DNA of 63,008 nucleotides, filler included, from Hyphochytrium catenoides (Eukaryota > Protista > Hyphochytriomycota), in assembly GCA_900088475.1 (NCBI GenBank). It is 9 parts of 9 records of this genome, joined end to end, with 100 filler letters (N's around TTAATTAATTAA, not from the genome) between each part and the next. Parts side by side here need not be neighbours in the genome. Positions count along the whole stretch, not along the records: positions 1 to 12,064 come from FLMG01004436.1; positions 12,165 to 26,282 come from FLMG01004340.1; 7 more parts are not named here. One strand, 5' to 3'. Numbering within the stretch: position 1 is the stretch's first letter; each line of letters starts with the position of its first letter. Positions 1-12,463 of this stretch are shown in pieces. The position numbers were made by a program, and so were the translations under genes. The notes beneath the pieces are model-generated. The model searched no databases, was not told where the DNA came from, and saw only the letters and a list, made by a program, of their open reading frames with translations.

Positions 1-794
1 TTCTCCTCCACCAGGCGTTGGACTTCGGATGACACCTCTGCGTTCGTCATCCTACCCCTACAGGCTTCAAAAGGCCCACCAAACGCCTTATTAGGTCCGA
101 AACGCACCAGAAGAAAACCGCTTCTCCCTTGATCACCAGGGTTATAGAATGATCTGAAAATCTCTGCCAGCAGCTGGATGTGCCCTTCTGACAAAGAGAC
201 TTCCGCTCAAGATCGTGGTAGTCGTTCTGATGATGGCTTCTGATGGTCGGCTTCTCTCTTATCTTGAGCCATCCAACCAACCGACACAAGTATTCCAAGT
301 TATCAGCCTCACGGTCGAGTCCAAGTCCACAACTTACAAGTACTTGTACTTTCACCAAACTCGCCTGCTTAACGGTATTCATGTAAGGACTTAAAAGGGG
401 GGGCACTGTCGTTTCCATGGATAAGTAAATAAGTCCAGAACAAGTACAGGTGCATACTGAAGAATGTCAAAGAACCTTGTCCGAGACAGAGCGGTATTTT
501 ATAATAGGACAGAGCACACATATATATCCCGCACACAGGTGAGACAAGAAGAGAGAGACAGTCGGAGAAGATGTCTGAGGAACTGGAGGAGCTGATGTTG
601 AGTCAACAACAGCAGCAGCTGAAGGCGATGAGGTTCGGAACTTGCTGTGGAGGGAAGATCTACAGACAGCGCCCCAGTAGACCAATAGTCATTGCTACAT
701 GACAGCATAGTATCCACAGCAACTACCAGAGGGGAGAGTTGAAGATCAAGAAAGCGGTGCCCCTTTCAAGAGCCGGTTAGTTTAGCAGAACACA

Positions 795-1097
795 ATGGGG
801 AACTCAGGTATTGGTCTTCCACCATGGCAGAGCAGACTTCTTTGTTGTTGACATAAGTGATCAACTCTAGAGTCAGGAACCAAGGCGACGCAGGAGACAA
901 TAGTTCCGCAGCCTGAGGCTGGCAGGGCAGTCGCAGATGCAGCAGTACTAGGGAAGTCTGGCAAGAAGATTTGCTGTTCCTGTCCAGAGACCAAGAAAGC
1001 CAGAGACGAGTGCCTCGTTCTCCATGGGGAAAGCGAATGTACTGCTCAAATTGAAGCCCACAAGGCCTGTCTTAGAGCTGAGGGCTTCAACATTTAG
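795..1097 (+). CDS. COX17: Mitochondrial copper chaperone COX17 (2 exons: 795-807, 871-1097; 79 aa)
   Basis: Spliced by hand: MGNSESGTKATQETIVPQPEAGRAVADAAVLGKSGKKICCSCPETKKARDECLVLHGESECTAQIEAHKACLRAEGFNI*. It has the CCxC copper motif and twin Cx9C-type cysteines. GT-AG intron at 808-870. Not in the ORF track. Confidence 0.95.
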
Positions 1098-2214
1098 GAG
1101 CAGAGCAAAACGAGAAGGATTGACTCACGCCAGAGTATATTGAGGAGGACTGACGTTAATTTATTAAAGCCAGCAGAGTTTCTATAGCCTGCATACATTT
1201 CAAAAAGCAGTGTGCATGCATTCAACCTCATGGATGGTCTATTCACCTCACAAGATCTAATACTACTCACGATGCTAAGAGAATGCGCGGCTCGTCCAGG
1301 GTCGAGAACCTGGATTGTGAAGTCGCCCAGATCATCTTCATAAAGGTCGAGAGCTGCTGTTGCTACTTAGAAAGCTTAGAGCGGAGTTTGTGGAAGGAAA
1401 CGTCATGTGCCTCTACTAACTGCCGTCTCAGTCCTGGCAGCACCTGCTTATGACTGTCTGAGAAAGCTTCCTAATGGCCGGTCTTCATCGTTAGTACTTA
1501 TAGGCCTATTCTCTTTCCACTGCTGGACTAGTCATCTAGGCCTGTCAGCTGCTGACTAGTCATCTCGGACTGTACACTTGCCACCATTGATGAGATCGAT
1601 GCGCCTGCTGGTGCTGCTGTCCCCCTTTTTACCTTGACTGTCTTAGGAATATCGCTGGCAGGCCGTCTTGAGTCATCAGCAATGAACGACGCACGTGCCT
1701 TACTATTATCTCCCTGTGACAATCGTCTATCATTTGCTGAACAACAATACATCTACGAAGCTGAGACATATCACTTCGGTGTAATTACATTCAGGCCCGA
1801 AAGTAACACTTCACTCCATTTCAGCTAAAGTCCTAGCTGGCTTCTGCTAATCAGTTACGAGAATAGTAACGGTGACATGAGGGGAGACGCATCACCGACC
1901 TTGATGGCCTGAAGGTTCGTAGATCAGAATCCACTCCAGACAAGCCGCCGCGAGTGAAGGATCGTGATGACAAGCCGATGATCGTCTTGACAGTCATCCA
2001 TAATCTCAGCTGTCCTGTTAGCAGCGCTGCAACACATCCGTCTGCCCAGTGCCCAGTGACCTTGCTGAAGACTGCTGTCGCCGCTAAACTGTGCTCTTTC
2101 TCTGTGAGAAGCTCTAGTCTTCCTTCACAGCTCGTTAGAGGCCGACGAAGGTGAAGGAGTTAGGCTTAGTTACGGTAGTTGGTCCAGCGCACCCATTGGT
2201 CGGCGGTAACCAGG

Positions 2215-5200
2215 ATGATGGCTTTGGCCACCAGGGCGAGAGCCTTGTATAGACCCAAAAGATCACAGCCAGGCTTCTCAGGTCACCTCTTTCTGAGATG
2301 CTGGTCTTCACAAGCGCCAGGAGTAAGACCATCACAGGTTGGTCAATGAAGATCGTCAGATCAACAAGTTGAACAAATCAACAAGTTGGACACACCCTTG
2401 CTCATTCGCGAAATATTTCTACTCCGTTCAGCTCCGTCTCGGACAAGCAGTGCAAATATTTGGCGCAAATACTGATGTCGGAAAAACTCTGATATCAGCT
2501 GGGATGTGTCGTGCAGCTCTGCGGCGACAGATGCGTGTCCGATATGTCAAGCCGCTGCAGACTGGTGTGGCTGATATTATGGAAGGCAGTGCTCCGCTCG
2601 ATGAGTCCTTTGTTACGCGGCACTCTAACCCTTTCAGTACCGAACCAGGCCAATTCACTGCCTCCACGCTATTTAGGTCTGAACTCCTTCGATATTGTGC
2701 TTTACGCCCCTTCTTATGTTCACCATTGCTCTCAACCCTACCTGTATCGCTGTCTCGATAGCTGGAGGGCAGCCGTGTCTCCTCATCTGGCCTCGGAACT
2801 CGAGAAGCATACAGTGCCAGACGAGGTTGTGCTGGCGAAGGTTGAAGCGGAAATAAACCAGTTTCTGTCTCATGAGAAGGAGGGTGCGCAGAACCGATTA
2901 TTCCTTCTGGAGACCGCTGGCGGTGTGTGTTCGCCAACTTCGGCGGCAACCCTGCAGGTCAGCAGTGAAAGAAAGTCGGGCTTTCCGGATGGTTAACTTA
3001 GACCTGTCTCCCTACCTCGCCTGCTTACAGTCTTCGTTTGTTGCAAGCCTGACTCAAAGGTTGTAACCTTCGTGAGCCTCATTCCATCCTACTTTAGGAG
3101 CTTTTGTATCTTAGCCTTTATATTGCCGGCTCCTGCAGGTAGACGCTTATCGGCCCCTGAGACTTCCTGTTTGCTTTGTTGGAGATGGAAGATTAGGAGG
3201 CATTTCCTCCACAGTTAGCGGGCTGGACAGCTTGACCCTTCGCGGCTATGATGTAGCTGTTCTGCCGGTCATTGAGACAGCGTGAGTGCCACTATGTCCA
3301 CCTCCTGCGACTGTAGAGTCCTCAAGATTCTGTTACCTCTACTACTGCTATCAGTGGGTATAGTTCTTTCTTCCTCTCCTCGGAGCTGGTCTTTCGCTCT
3401 GTGGTAAGCCATTCTCAGAGACTGGCTCGATGTCTAATAGAAAGCTTGGCAATGCGGAGTATCTGCGTGATTATTTGGCAAGGGAAGGCAGAGCAATACC
3501 AGTAGTACCTCTGAGTGGTTATCCGCCCGATCATCTGCCCTTGGACGGGTGGTACGAGGAGAATGAGGCGGCCTTTGATATCATCCTTGAGCATATCATG
3601 GAGTTTACAGAGGTCCGGTACTCTTCAGTGACACTTGCACCTATTGCATAAGTCAGGCTCTCCCTATGGCGAGCAAAGCTCCAAAATCCTCACCCATTCG
3701 TTTCGCTTTGGCATGACTGGAAGATGTTCTTCCACTAACACTTCCTCGCCTCCCACGTCCGAATCACTAGAAACGAGATCGGCGACTGAATGACCTGGGA
3801 CACATTGCCAAGGAAAACCTTTGGTGGCCCTTCACCCAGCACAAGACAACGAGAGATGTGCAAGTTATGGATTCAGCATTTGGAGACTACTTCCATTTTC
3901 ATAACAGAGATGCGCAGGTATCAGGGCACTTTCGTTCGCCTAAACTGTCACTCTACGCCGTTGATAGATTGGGGGTTTCCATGGTTGCCTGCACTCCTGC
4001 TAACATACTGCTTGACGTGCGTCGACAATGTTCTAGGCTCTTGAGCGGAGTTTCGATGGCTGTGCAAGTTGGTGGACACAGGGTGTTGGGCACGGCAACC
4101 CGCGATTGGCCGCTACTGCAGCCTATGCTGCTGGCCGGTATGGACATGTCATGTTCCCTGGTATAGCTCACGAGCCAGGTAGGCGAATACTTACTTCGTC
4201 CAGCCCTCAATCCCGATTACGTCACATATCTTTTCTAGCAAGTAATCGCTTTCGCTAGTCGTTTCAAGTTGCTTCTACATGCTTCCTATGTCGGGTCGAA
4301 ATACCTTGCGTCACCACGGTCTCCGTGTGGCTCCTCCTGGTTGATATTCTTCGCTCCCGCCATCTTTTGAGACGCGCCGTTAGCTGCCGAGGATCTTCTC
4401 AAAGATCAGCCTTTATCGCACCTTTTCTTGACCCAGTTGGTAATTTCATGGATCTGGCCTAACGTGTAGTTTACTCCTGGTCGCATAACCGTCTCCCTCT
4501 GTTGTTCCTTAGCGGTGGCTCTGTCTGAGAAGCTCCTGGAAACGTTGGGACGGGGCTGGGCCTCCCGAGTATTCTTCTCCGACGACGGGTCAACTGCAGT
4601 AGAGGTTGCCATAAAGATGGCACTGCACAAATATCTCAAGGTAACATCAGAACTTGTCCCTGCTCTTTCTATGGCTTTTGCGCTCTCTGCATTGTCCCTT
4701 TACTTCAATGACCTTCCTCTCCTATCATATTTTCCCTTTCTCTGCTTTGCTCCCTTCTCTTTAATAACCTTCCTTTCCCTATCACAATAACCATAGTCCT
4801 TACTGCAGGATCGTAGTCTGCCCTTGAAAACTCCACTGGTAGTCTTAGCACAAGAAGGGTGCTACCATGGAGATACCCTAGGCGTAATGGATGTTGCCGT
4901 TCCCAGTGTGTTTAACGAGAACCAGCACCCCTGGTAGTTAAATGATCCATCTTGCCTGACCAGTCTGTCTCCGGTTTTGCCAAAACTGCTTCCTATGACA
5001 ATGGCCAATTCCACAGGTACGAGCCAAAGGGGGTTTTCCTTGCGCCTCCGCGGGTCAGAATAAAAGAAGGAAGGACTTTTATTGATCTACCACCGGACAT
5101 CGCGAAATTCGCTGAGGAGATCGGGTTAGACGAAAGAGTAGAGGTAAGGAGGCGCATTTAGGAGGCTGAAAATTGGTAGGACGCCTCCCGCAGACGTTAT

Positions 5201-7052
5201 AGGTCAGGCACAAACCTGGTATCACGGCAGATTCGACAATAAGACAAGGATAGATTAGGCGAAAGCTGGTTCGCAACTCGCATGTAAATGGGTGCATAGG
5301 CACAGTGCTGCAGAGAAGGAAAGAGAGAGTAAGCTAACTGTACTGCCTCTGCAATGGTACTGCCTCTGCAATGGGTCTCAGCTCCAGCTAGAGAGCAAGT
5401 CGGGGCTCTTCTCTTCTGACCGTGACAGGAGTAGGCTAGCGGAGGCGTACAGGAAGCATGTCAGTGCTGTCCTAAGAGAGGAGAAGGGGCGGTAAGAACT
5501 CTTTTCAGCGTCGGTCCAGGGAACTTGACCGCACTACCTTTATGCCACTTAGACACAGCTTCACCGATCACTTCATGGGCTAGGTTCGCAACTGACGACT
5601 GACTTCCGACTTGCGCTTCTTTCCTCTCTTCATTCCCCACCCGCTCGCTGTCGGCCGTGGACAGGGTTGGCGCTCTCTTGATTGAGCCAGTGCTGATGGG
5701 GGCAGGCGGAATGATCTTTGTAGATCCTCTCTTCCAGCGTGTGCTCTGCAGAGAGTGCAAGGCACAAGGAATTCCAGTGGTGCTTGATGAGGTGTGGACC
5801 GATACAGTTGCGTTATGGTTTCTTCTCTCACTTTCACACTCTTTCTTTTTGTGTCTGGACCGCGGACAAAGCAGAATGTATAATGATCTTCTTACTATAC
5901 CAACAACCCCTGCCTTTGGGAGAGCTATTTACCTACATGCAGCTGCTTTATGACTAACACCAACCTGCCAACTGGATTTGCAGGTTTTTAGCGGGCTTTG
6001 GCGGCTGGGGGCTCTCTCCGGTGCTTCACTCCTAGGTGTCCAGCCTGATGTTGCTTCCTACGCTAAACTCCTGACTGGAGGGCTTCTACCTCTAGCTGTT
6101 ACTCTAGCGACCGAGGTCAGCGAACTAAACGTTTTTTGGCGCACTCTCTTCAGCTTATACCGGTCTTTGGTTTGCGGTGTCTTGTGCATAACGTGCTGCA
6201 TAGTCCGTGCTATAGTCACTTCTTATGTCTTATGGCCCAGTCGCCCTTTCCTTATCGTTACTCACTATCCACCGGTTTCCGTTTTTCTTGCATAATGTCC
6301 CGATGGATAGGGAACTTTCGAGTCATTTCTTGGAGAGACGAAGGCAGAGGCCTTTCTCCATGGGCATTCTTATACAGCTGCGCCAGTAGGCTGTGCAGTG
6401 GCGGTGGAAGCCCTGCAGATGTATACGAAAGCTGAGAACTATGGCAGGGACGACCGGGAAGTTGAAGAGCCAAGGATGGGGGACTTTTGGCCCGAAGAGG
6501 AGGTGACAGCTCTTTCCTTCCTTCCTTCCCTGGAGAGCTGTTTTAGCTTAGGTAAGACTTGTGGATGCATTACTTGCTCTAGCTAAACTCTACATGGGTT
6601 GGAATGGGCAGATGCACCACTTCTCTCTCACTCTCTCTATCTCCCAGCTCTTTCTCCCTCGCGCGCTTTAACTTGCACACTTTCCCACTCTTCCCATTTC
6701 CATTTTCTCTCCCCTTCACTCTCTCTCTCCTCAATTGCCTCTCTGTTTTCTCTTCTCCCTTAATCTGTCCTCTTTCCAAGTAATCTTCTCCTAGTGCTTG
6801 CGATGTTAATAAGCCATACCTTTGTTCCACACCATCGCTCCTTACCTCCCGTTAGGAACGGTGTTAGTGATGGAACTGAAGTCCTCCGACAGTGGCTACT
6901 CCTCCGCAGCAGCTTCCTCAATTGTTTCATCTCTCCTCTCGGAGGGGATCTATTGTCGACCTTTGGGGAACGTTCTGTATGTGATGTGTTCGCCCCTTAC
7001 AAAGACAGGGGACTGCCGAAGAATTCTGGACATTATTAGGAGGTACCTTTGA
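2215..7052 (+). CDS. BIO3-BIO1: Bifunctional dethiobiotin synthetase / DAPA aminotransferase (BioD-BioA fusion), multi-exon, with mitochondrial-type presequence
   Basis: Exons encode IFGANTDVGKT, YVKPLQTG, LETAGGVCSP, GDGRLGGISST, WWPFTQH, FFSDDGSTAVEVAIKMA, YHGDTLG, IEPVLMGAGGM, DEVFSGLWRLG, PLP-lysine YAKLLTGG, HGHSYTA and RPLGNVLY. The N-terminus MMALATRARALYRPKRS is Arg-rich. Confidence 0.95.
5341..5374. repeat. Perfect 17-bp tandem duplication in a BIO3-BIO1 intron
   Basis: TACTGCCTCTGCAATGG occurs twice in tandem. Confidence 0.95.
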
Positions 7053-7449
7053 GCGTGGTGAAGCCACAAGTCTCTTCTGAAAAGTGTGGAGGCCGTCCAG
7101 AGCGGAAGGATAGGAGTAGCGGCCCCGTTTTTATAAAAGAGCAGACAGAAAGAAGAATAAATAATGTTATTATAATCAGCGTTAGATTTAGAACGGCTAG
7201 GGAACATGAGCTCTGTTCAGTGCGTGCTCTTTCTTCGCCTGCCTGGCTTTTTGCTCTTAAATGGTGGCGATCTGCCCAACTGGCCACAACTCCCCTTTCT
7301 CTGCCTTGGCCTTGGAGCAGGAGAAACTTTTAATGCTACCTCACTTGTCTCGGCATGGCTCCAGACATATACAGTTCCCTAGAATCAGAGGACGCAGGAA
7401 AAGCCATCATCGTGAGACAGTCCATTGAGGAAGCAATCGCACAGATATC

Positions 7450-10400
7450 TCAAACAGACGGACACATTGGTACATAAGGGAGTTGAAAGGGGCTGCAGAA
7501 GGCTGAGGGTTGCAGTAGGGAGGTCTTGTAAGGCTTGATTCCTACAAAACTTTTGATGATCCTTTCACTTACATTGCTCGATACCACTAAATACTTCGCC
7601 CCTAGCACTAAGGCGGATATATTAGCCCAGAGCGCCATTGACAAAAGAGGAACACCAGTCGGGATATGAGAGACTGAAAGCACCGGTTTGCGACAGCTTT
7701 CAGAGATCACGACGACTGCTGAAAGATGCCCGCTAGCGAGCGTAGTGGAGTGAGAGACACCTAGAGCTACGCAGGATGTTAGAGATGCATGATAAGCGGG
7801 TGAACTTTGAGCAGAAGCAGGGCCCCAGACTTGTGTAGATCTTAGTACAGTCTATGGTAAAGCGCAGAGACGACCAAAAAATGGAGAGAACGCAGAGCTG
7901 CTGGGGTTGGTCGATCGGAGGCTGATCCAGTGGCCATACCGTTCACAAATTCAGTGCTTTCCTGGTCAGAGGCTGCTGGTCCAAAGAGATTTCGCAGTTG
8001 CTCATGCAGTGTGGGAGAAAGGAATAAGTTGAAGGCACTAAGAATTTGCTCTATATCTTCGACAGTTACCACTTCGCAGCTCTCGAGCACTATTTCCAGG
8101 GTCAAAGCGTCCAATATTCCAATGAGAGGTACTGAGTCTCCTCCCTCTTCTCTCTTCCCAATAACAAGGACCTTCTCTCTCTCACCCCCTGCACCAATGT
8201 CCTCCAAAAAGACAATGCAGACGACCTTGGCCGTGGAGCCAGCGAAAGGCCGAACCATCTTCGCGCTTTTCATGTCCTCCAGCTGGATGGAGTGCACAAA
8301 GCCGTTGGCTGTGCCGCAAACCGCTACAGAGTCCGCTACATCGCCGCACACAATACCTCCCTTGATTACCTTCAAGCCCAATGGCCGGCCTAAGGGCAGC
8401 AGCAACGAGGCAAGAGAAGACATGTGCAGGATGGGCGTGCGGAGAGGGGGCAACAAGAACCCAAAGCAGAGTGGCAAGAGAGACAGAGGATTCATGAAGA
8501 GTACGTACACAGAGGCAACAAGCAAGAAAAGTTAGTCATCAACAGCCGCTCTCGTGTTGTTGAGTTCAAGGTCAGCCCTTCTGATGCTTTTCCTGAATCT
8601 TCTCGTTCCCAGATTCCTTCTACCTTCCCTCTCCCACTCCCCCAACACCCTTACCGGAAGGGATATCCCAACAGCGAAGTAAATTGGGACAGATCGTGTA
8701 GAGAGTGTTCTTTTCTACTAGAACTGTGTGGATTGTCCGTGGATGGGCGTGATGAGAGGCCCAGGAGTGAGGCTCGTTCTTGGGCTTTAAGCAAGTTAAG
8801 CCCTGAGCTATTTTGGAGCTCGCACCGCCCCAATAGTCTAAAACATTCATAAGCCGATAGGACCACTTCTCAGTACTATAGAGAGAGCGGAGAAGCGAAT
8901 AGGAAGCCAGGACTGAAGATGAATTTCTCATTCCTTTGTAAGCCTCATCACCACCAAGTGCTCTCGGAATGTCGTCTGTTTTGACCCCATACAGACGTGC
9001 GAGCGCACTCTCCCAGTGGACTCTCGAATGTTCCCCAAGAATAATGTCCCTCCAAGAAGAACAAACCAGTCCGCAGCTGATGACATCATGAAGAGATGGA
9101 AGGAAGGAGGTGACTTCCCATAGTAGCGAGTGCGACATATGAGAAAGGTAGTCAGGGGTCGTCGTAAGGTGCACCGTAGGATCCAGATCCAGTGCCTGTA
9201 GCTTTCTACAGTGATCCTCACATCCTGGCAAAGCAAAGCAAGCATGCGCTGTTAGCCAGCGTGTGTAGGAGAGGTCATGATAGCTACTGCAAATGTCCAA
9301 AGACCCATGAGAAGGGAGCACGACGAAAGAGCTTACTTTGTACAAAGGTTCGCCAGTTGTCAGGCGGGAAGTCTCTATCCCACGTCACTATTCCTTCTGA
9401 ACTTGGATCCTTATAATATATAACAAAAGCTGTGCGCTGCAGAGCCTGCGCCTCCTCCACTGACGGCTCCTCGACAAGATTAGACATGGCCACCTCATAG
9501 AGGCCCGGCATCCAGGAGCCGCTGATGTCAATGGCCGGAAAGGAGCAAAGCCAAGGACGACAAGATCGAGATGTAAGCTGAAAGTAAAGAGCCTACAAGT
9601 AGCTCTAAGGACATTCCAAGGCGCGTGGAAAAAGGAGACAAAAGAGACACGCGATGCACAAAGCGGGGCGATGGCATTATATCGCGAAAGGCTCTNNNNN
9701 NNNNNNNNNNNNNNNNNNNNNNNNNNNNNNNNNNNNNNNNNNNNNNNNNNNNNNNNNNCTTCTGAGCAAGGCACACCTCATGAGAGTACTTGCACTTGAG
9801 GCCCCAAGGGCAAGAGCCTGTGCGCAGATACCGCCGGCACAGCTTATCCTTTAAAAGACCAGCAAACGGCAAGTGTACCCCGAGCGACCGCAGGATTTCA
9901 AGGGAAAAGAGCAACACCGAGAAGTGAGGAATGCTTTCTCCCAATCATCTGGTCACTGCAGTCCGTGCAGCTCTCTCACCTTCTTCTCCCAGCGCCTATC
10001 GTCCTCCTCCTCTCGCTCTATGAGCACTCGAAACTTATCGAGGGCCAATAGGCCCGATAGCTCATCGTCGTGATAGGCCCATCGAAGGCGTCTAAGAATC
10101 TCTCTGAAGGAGAGCGCTTTCCGGACGGAGTCTCCCATTATACATGCTCAGTTTAGCCACCTTGTGCTCGTTCGGTACCTATCTATTGCTTCTTCTTTAT
10201 CTCTTTCGCTCTCTTTCTGGACGCTTGTTCCTCCCACAGCCACACCGCCGGACCGAGAAGATGTCCCTACAGGCACTAATAACCGAAGTGCGGCCTCCTT
10301 ACAAGTGGCGGTGCCCGATGACTCTTTGAATCTGCGGGCAACAGCTGGAGCTGGAGCTGATGAAAGACGTGAGCCTGGCTCTGGGATGGCGTGGAGGCTG

Positions 10401-10537
10401 TGAGGAGCAAGCAAGCTGCTGCGAGCTGTGAGAGCTTGGCTTGAGTTGAAAGCTGAAGCAACGGAGGAAGAAGTGCTGACGATGATGCTTCTCTTTGAAT
10501 CTCCCACTCGTACATAAAACGAAGATATCTCTTCCAA
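7450..10537 (-). CDS. CCCH zinc-finger + F-box protein with possible beta-propeller-like C-terminus (multi-exon, ends approximate)
   Basis: CCCH exon DKLCRRYLRTGSCPWGLKCKYSHE (~9780-9850). F-box-like LSHMSHSLLWEVTSFLPSLHDVISCGLVCSSWRDII (~9040-9150). Downstream exons contain LLRCWDIPSG and VAVCGTANGFVHSI. GT-AG junctions join the upstream exons in frame. Internal N-gap at 9696-9758. Confidence 0.6.
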
Positions 10538-12064
10538 ACTCTTTTTCGACCAGGAACCCTGGTATACTATGGCTAGATTGAATTTACCGTTTGCTCTGTC
10601 ACACGCCCTTTCTCGCTCTGTCTCACGCCTGTCCCCTGATCATGTCACGGCACACATAATGGGTGATGGTATCCCTTAGATATGCCGCCTCTGGGATGGG
10701 TTTGATTCTATCTCCCCACAGAATGGTTAGAAAGCCCTATAAAAGAATCAGAAGCTCCCTGATAATATTCCACCATAGCGAACTGATGGCTGGTCAGATT
10801 TCTGTTCCTCATTCACCGTATTCCGGACTTCGACTCCCTACTTTGGACTGATAAAAGTAGTGAGAGTCCGCTTGACGAACCAAGAGAGAAACATCTGGGA
10901 GTTTTCCCTCTTGAAGAGTCAACAGAGCGACAGCGATAGATGCAGACAGAATCTTCAGATATCTACGGGCAGACCAGGGGTCGCAGGGTTAGAGACCGGA
11001 GTCGATGGCGAGGGAGGAGACGAAGAACACGCAATCGCATTGAAGAGCATAGGTTACATAAGAGGGGAATCGGGGTCTCTTTAGCTCAGCTCACATCCTG
11101 AGGGATTGCTTGTGTGCCCGACTATTGATATTCGCTACCGCCTTAGCTTGCTGAGGGATTTGTGAGACTGTGAGGTCTCTTCTAATGCTTCTAACAGAGC
11201 AAGTTTGCCGAGCACTTTGAATACATGTCGTGAGTCAGAGAGAACATCAGCAGGAGGGTCTTCTTAATAGCTCACCATCTTCTCTTTTGGAACCTTGGAG
11301 TGCTTTCCTTACGCTGGCTGCGGCTGAAAAGGCAGAGTAGAGCAAGGAAATCGTGACCATTCTGAGTGGCTTAAAGAAAAAGGATAATTCTACCTGCTGC
11401 GGATGAGGCGGTTTCTTCGTCGTTGTGATCGTCCTCTGAGGAGCTAAATGAATCAATGTCACTCACGCTTGCTTTCCTCCTGTTTGTTTTATGTCGATGG
11501 CGAGCTCTCTTTCCCTCGGACTCTTTGCACTGCTCTAACTGCGAGAGTAACTGCGAGTCCAGCTGCCTTTTGCAGGGGCCTCTAAGTGCCGCGCTATGGG
11601 ACTGCAGCCCTGCGACCGCTAGTTGTACGCTATCGGGGTCCTATCCCCAAAGTAGAAAATGGTTTAGAAAGGGGCTGTAAGGTGAAAAGTCACCGCTGCA
11701 GATAACGAACGGATGCAGACTTAGGAAGAGAAGAAGGGTATAACGATTGAGAGTCAGCAAGGGAAAGGACAAAAGTAACCTGATAGGGGAGAAATGGGCT
11801 CACAGAGGTCGATGAAAGCCAAGAAACAGCAAGGACAGAGAATGCTTAAACCGGCCGCGGTGAATTTATCGATAGTTTCGTGACTACCTGGCAAAAGTCA
11901 CAGGAGCGGCAGGAGCTGCTAGGCCGCTGCGATGGCAAGAGGAACGTGTCAGTACTATACTCGGGCCAAACAGATGGGTGATCATTCACAAGACCAAATG
12001 CACTCAACATGGGACCGAGAACAACTTTTACCGTCTCTCCAAAATATTTGAGGAGATAGGCCCG

Positions 12065-12164
12065 NNNNNNNNNNNNNNNNNNNNNNNNNNNNNNNNNNNN
12101 NNNNNNNNTTAATTAATTAANNNNNNNNNNNNNNNNNNNNNNNNNNNNNNNNNNNNNNNNNNNN
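12065..12164. other. Artificial contig linker (N44-TTAATTAATTAA-N44)
   Basis: 100-nt spacer with stop codons in all six frames; identical spacers recur through the window. Confidence 0.97.
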
Positions 12165-12463
12165 CACCCTCTAGGCCGCCCTCATATCTTTTCTGCTACT
12201 GCTGCACTCGTTTGTCACTTGTCACTGAGGTCGACGTTCTGATGGCCTCAGCCTTCTCTCTCTCTTCTGTCCCCCAAGAAAGTTTATAGAGGTTGTCCAA
12301 GTTCAACGCTCCCTCCATCATCGATGTGACTCACGCCATTCCCAAGTCCTGCTCCACAGCTCGTTGACTTCCACTTTCCTCCTCCTCCTCCTCCTCCTCC
12401 TTCTCCTTCTCCATCTCCTCCCTTCTCACGGGTCTACATGTGCTCTCACTGGGTATTATAAAG

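Noticed and set aside
47-717. Minus-strand ORFs divergent from COX17
   Set aside because: No recognisable motif and no confident splice model; the region is truncated by the window edge.
10139-10150. In-frame TGA between two same-frame ORFs (selenocysteine or readthrough)
   Set aside because: It lies within a canonical intron (AG|GTACCG...CTTCAG|A) whose removal keeps the frame.
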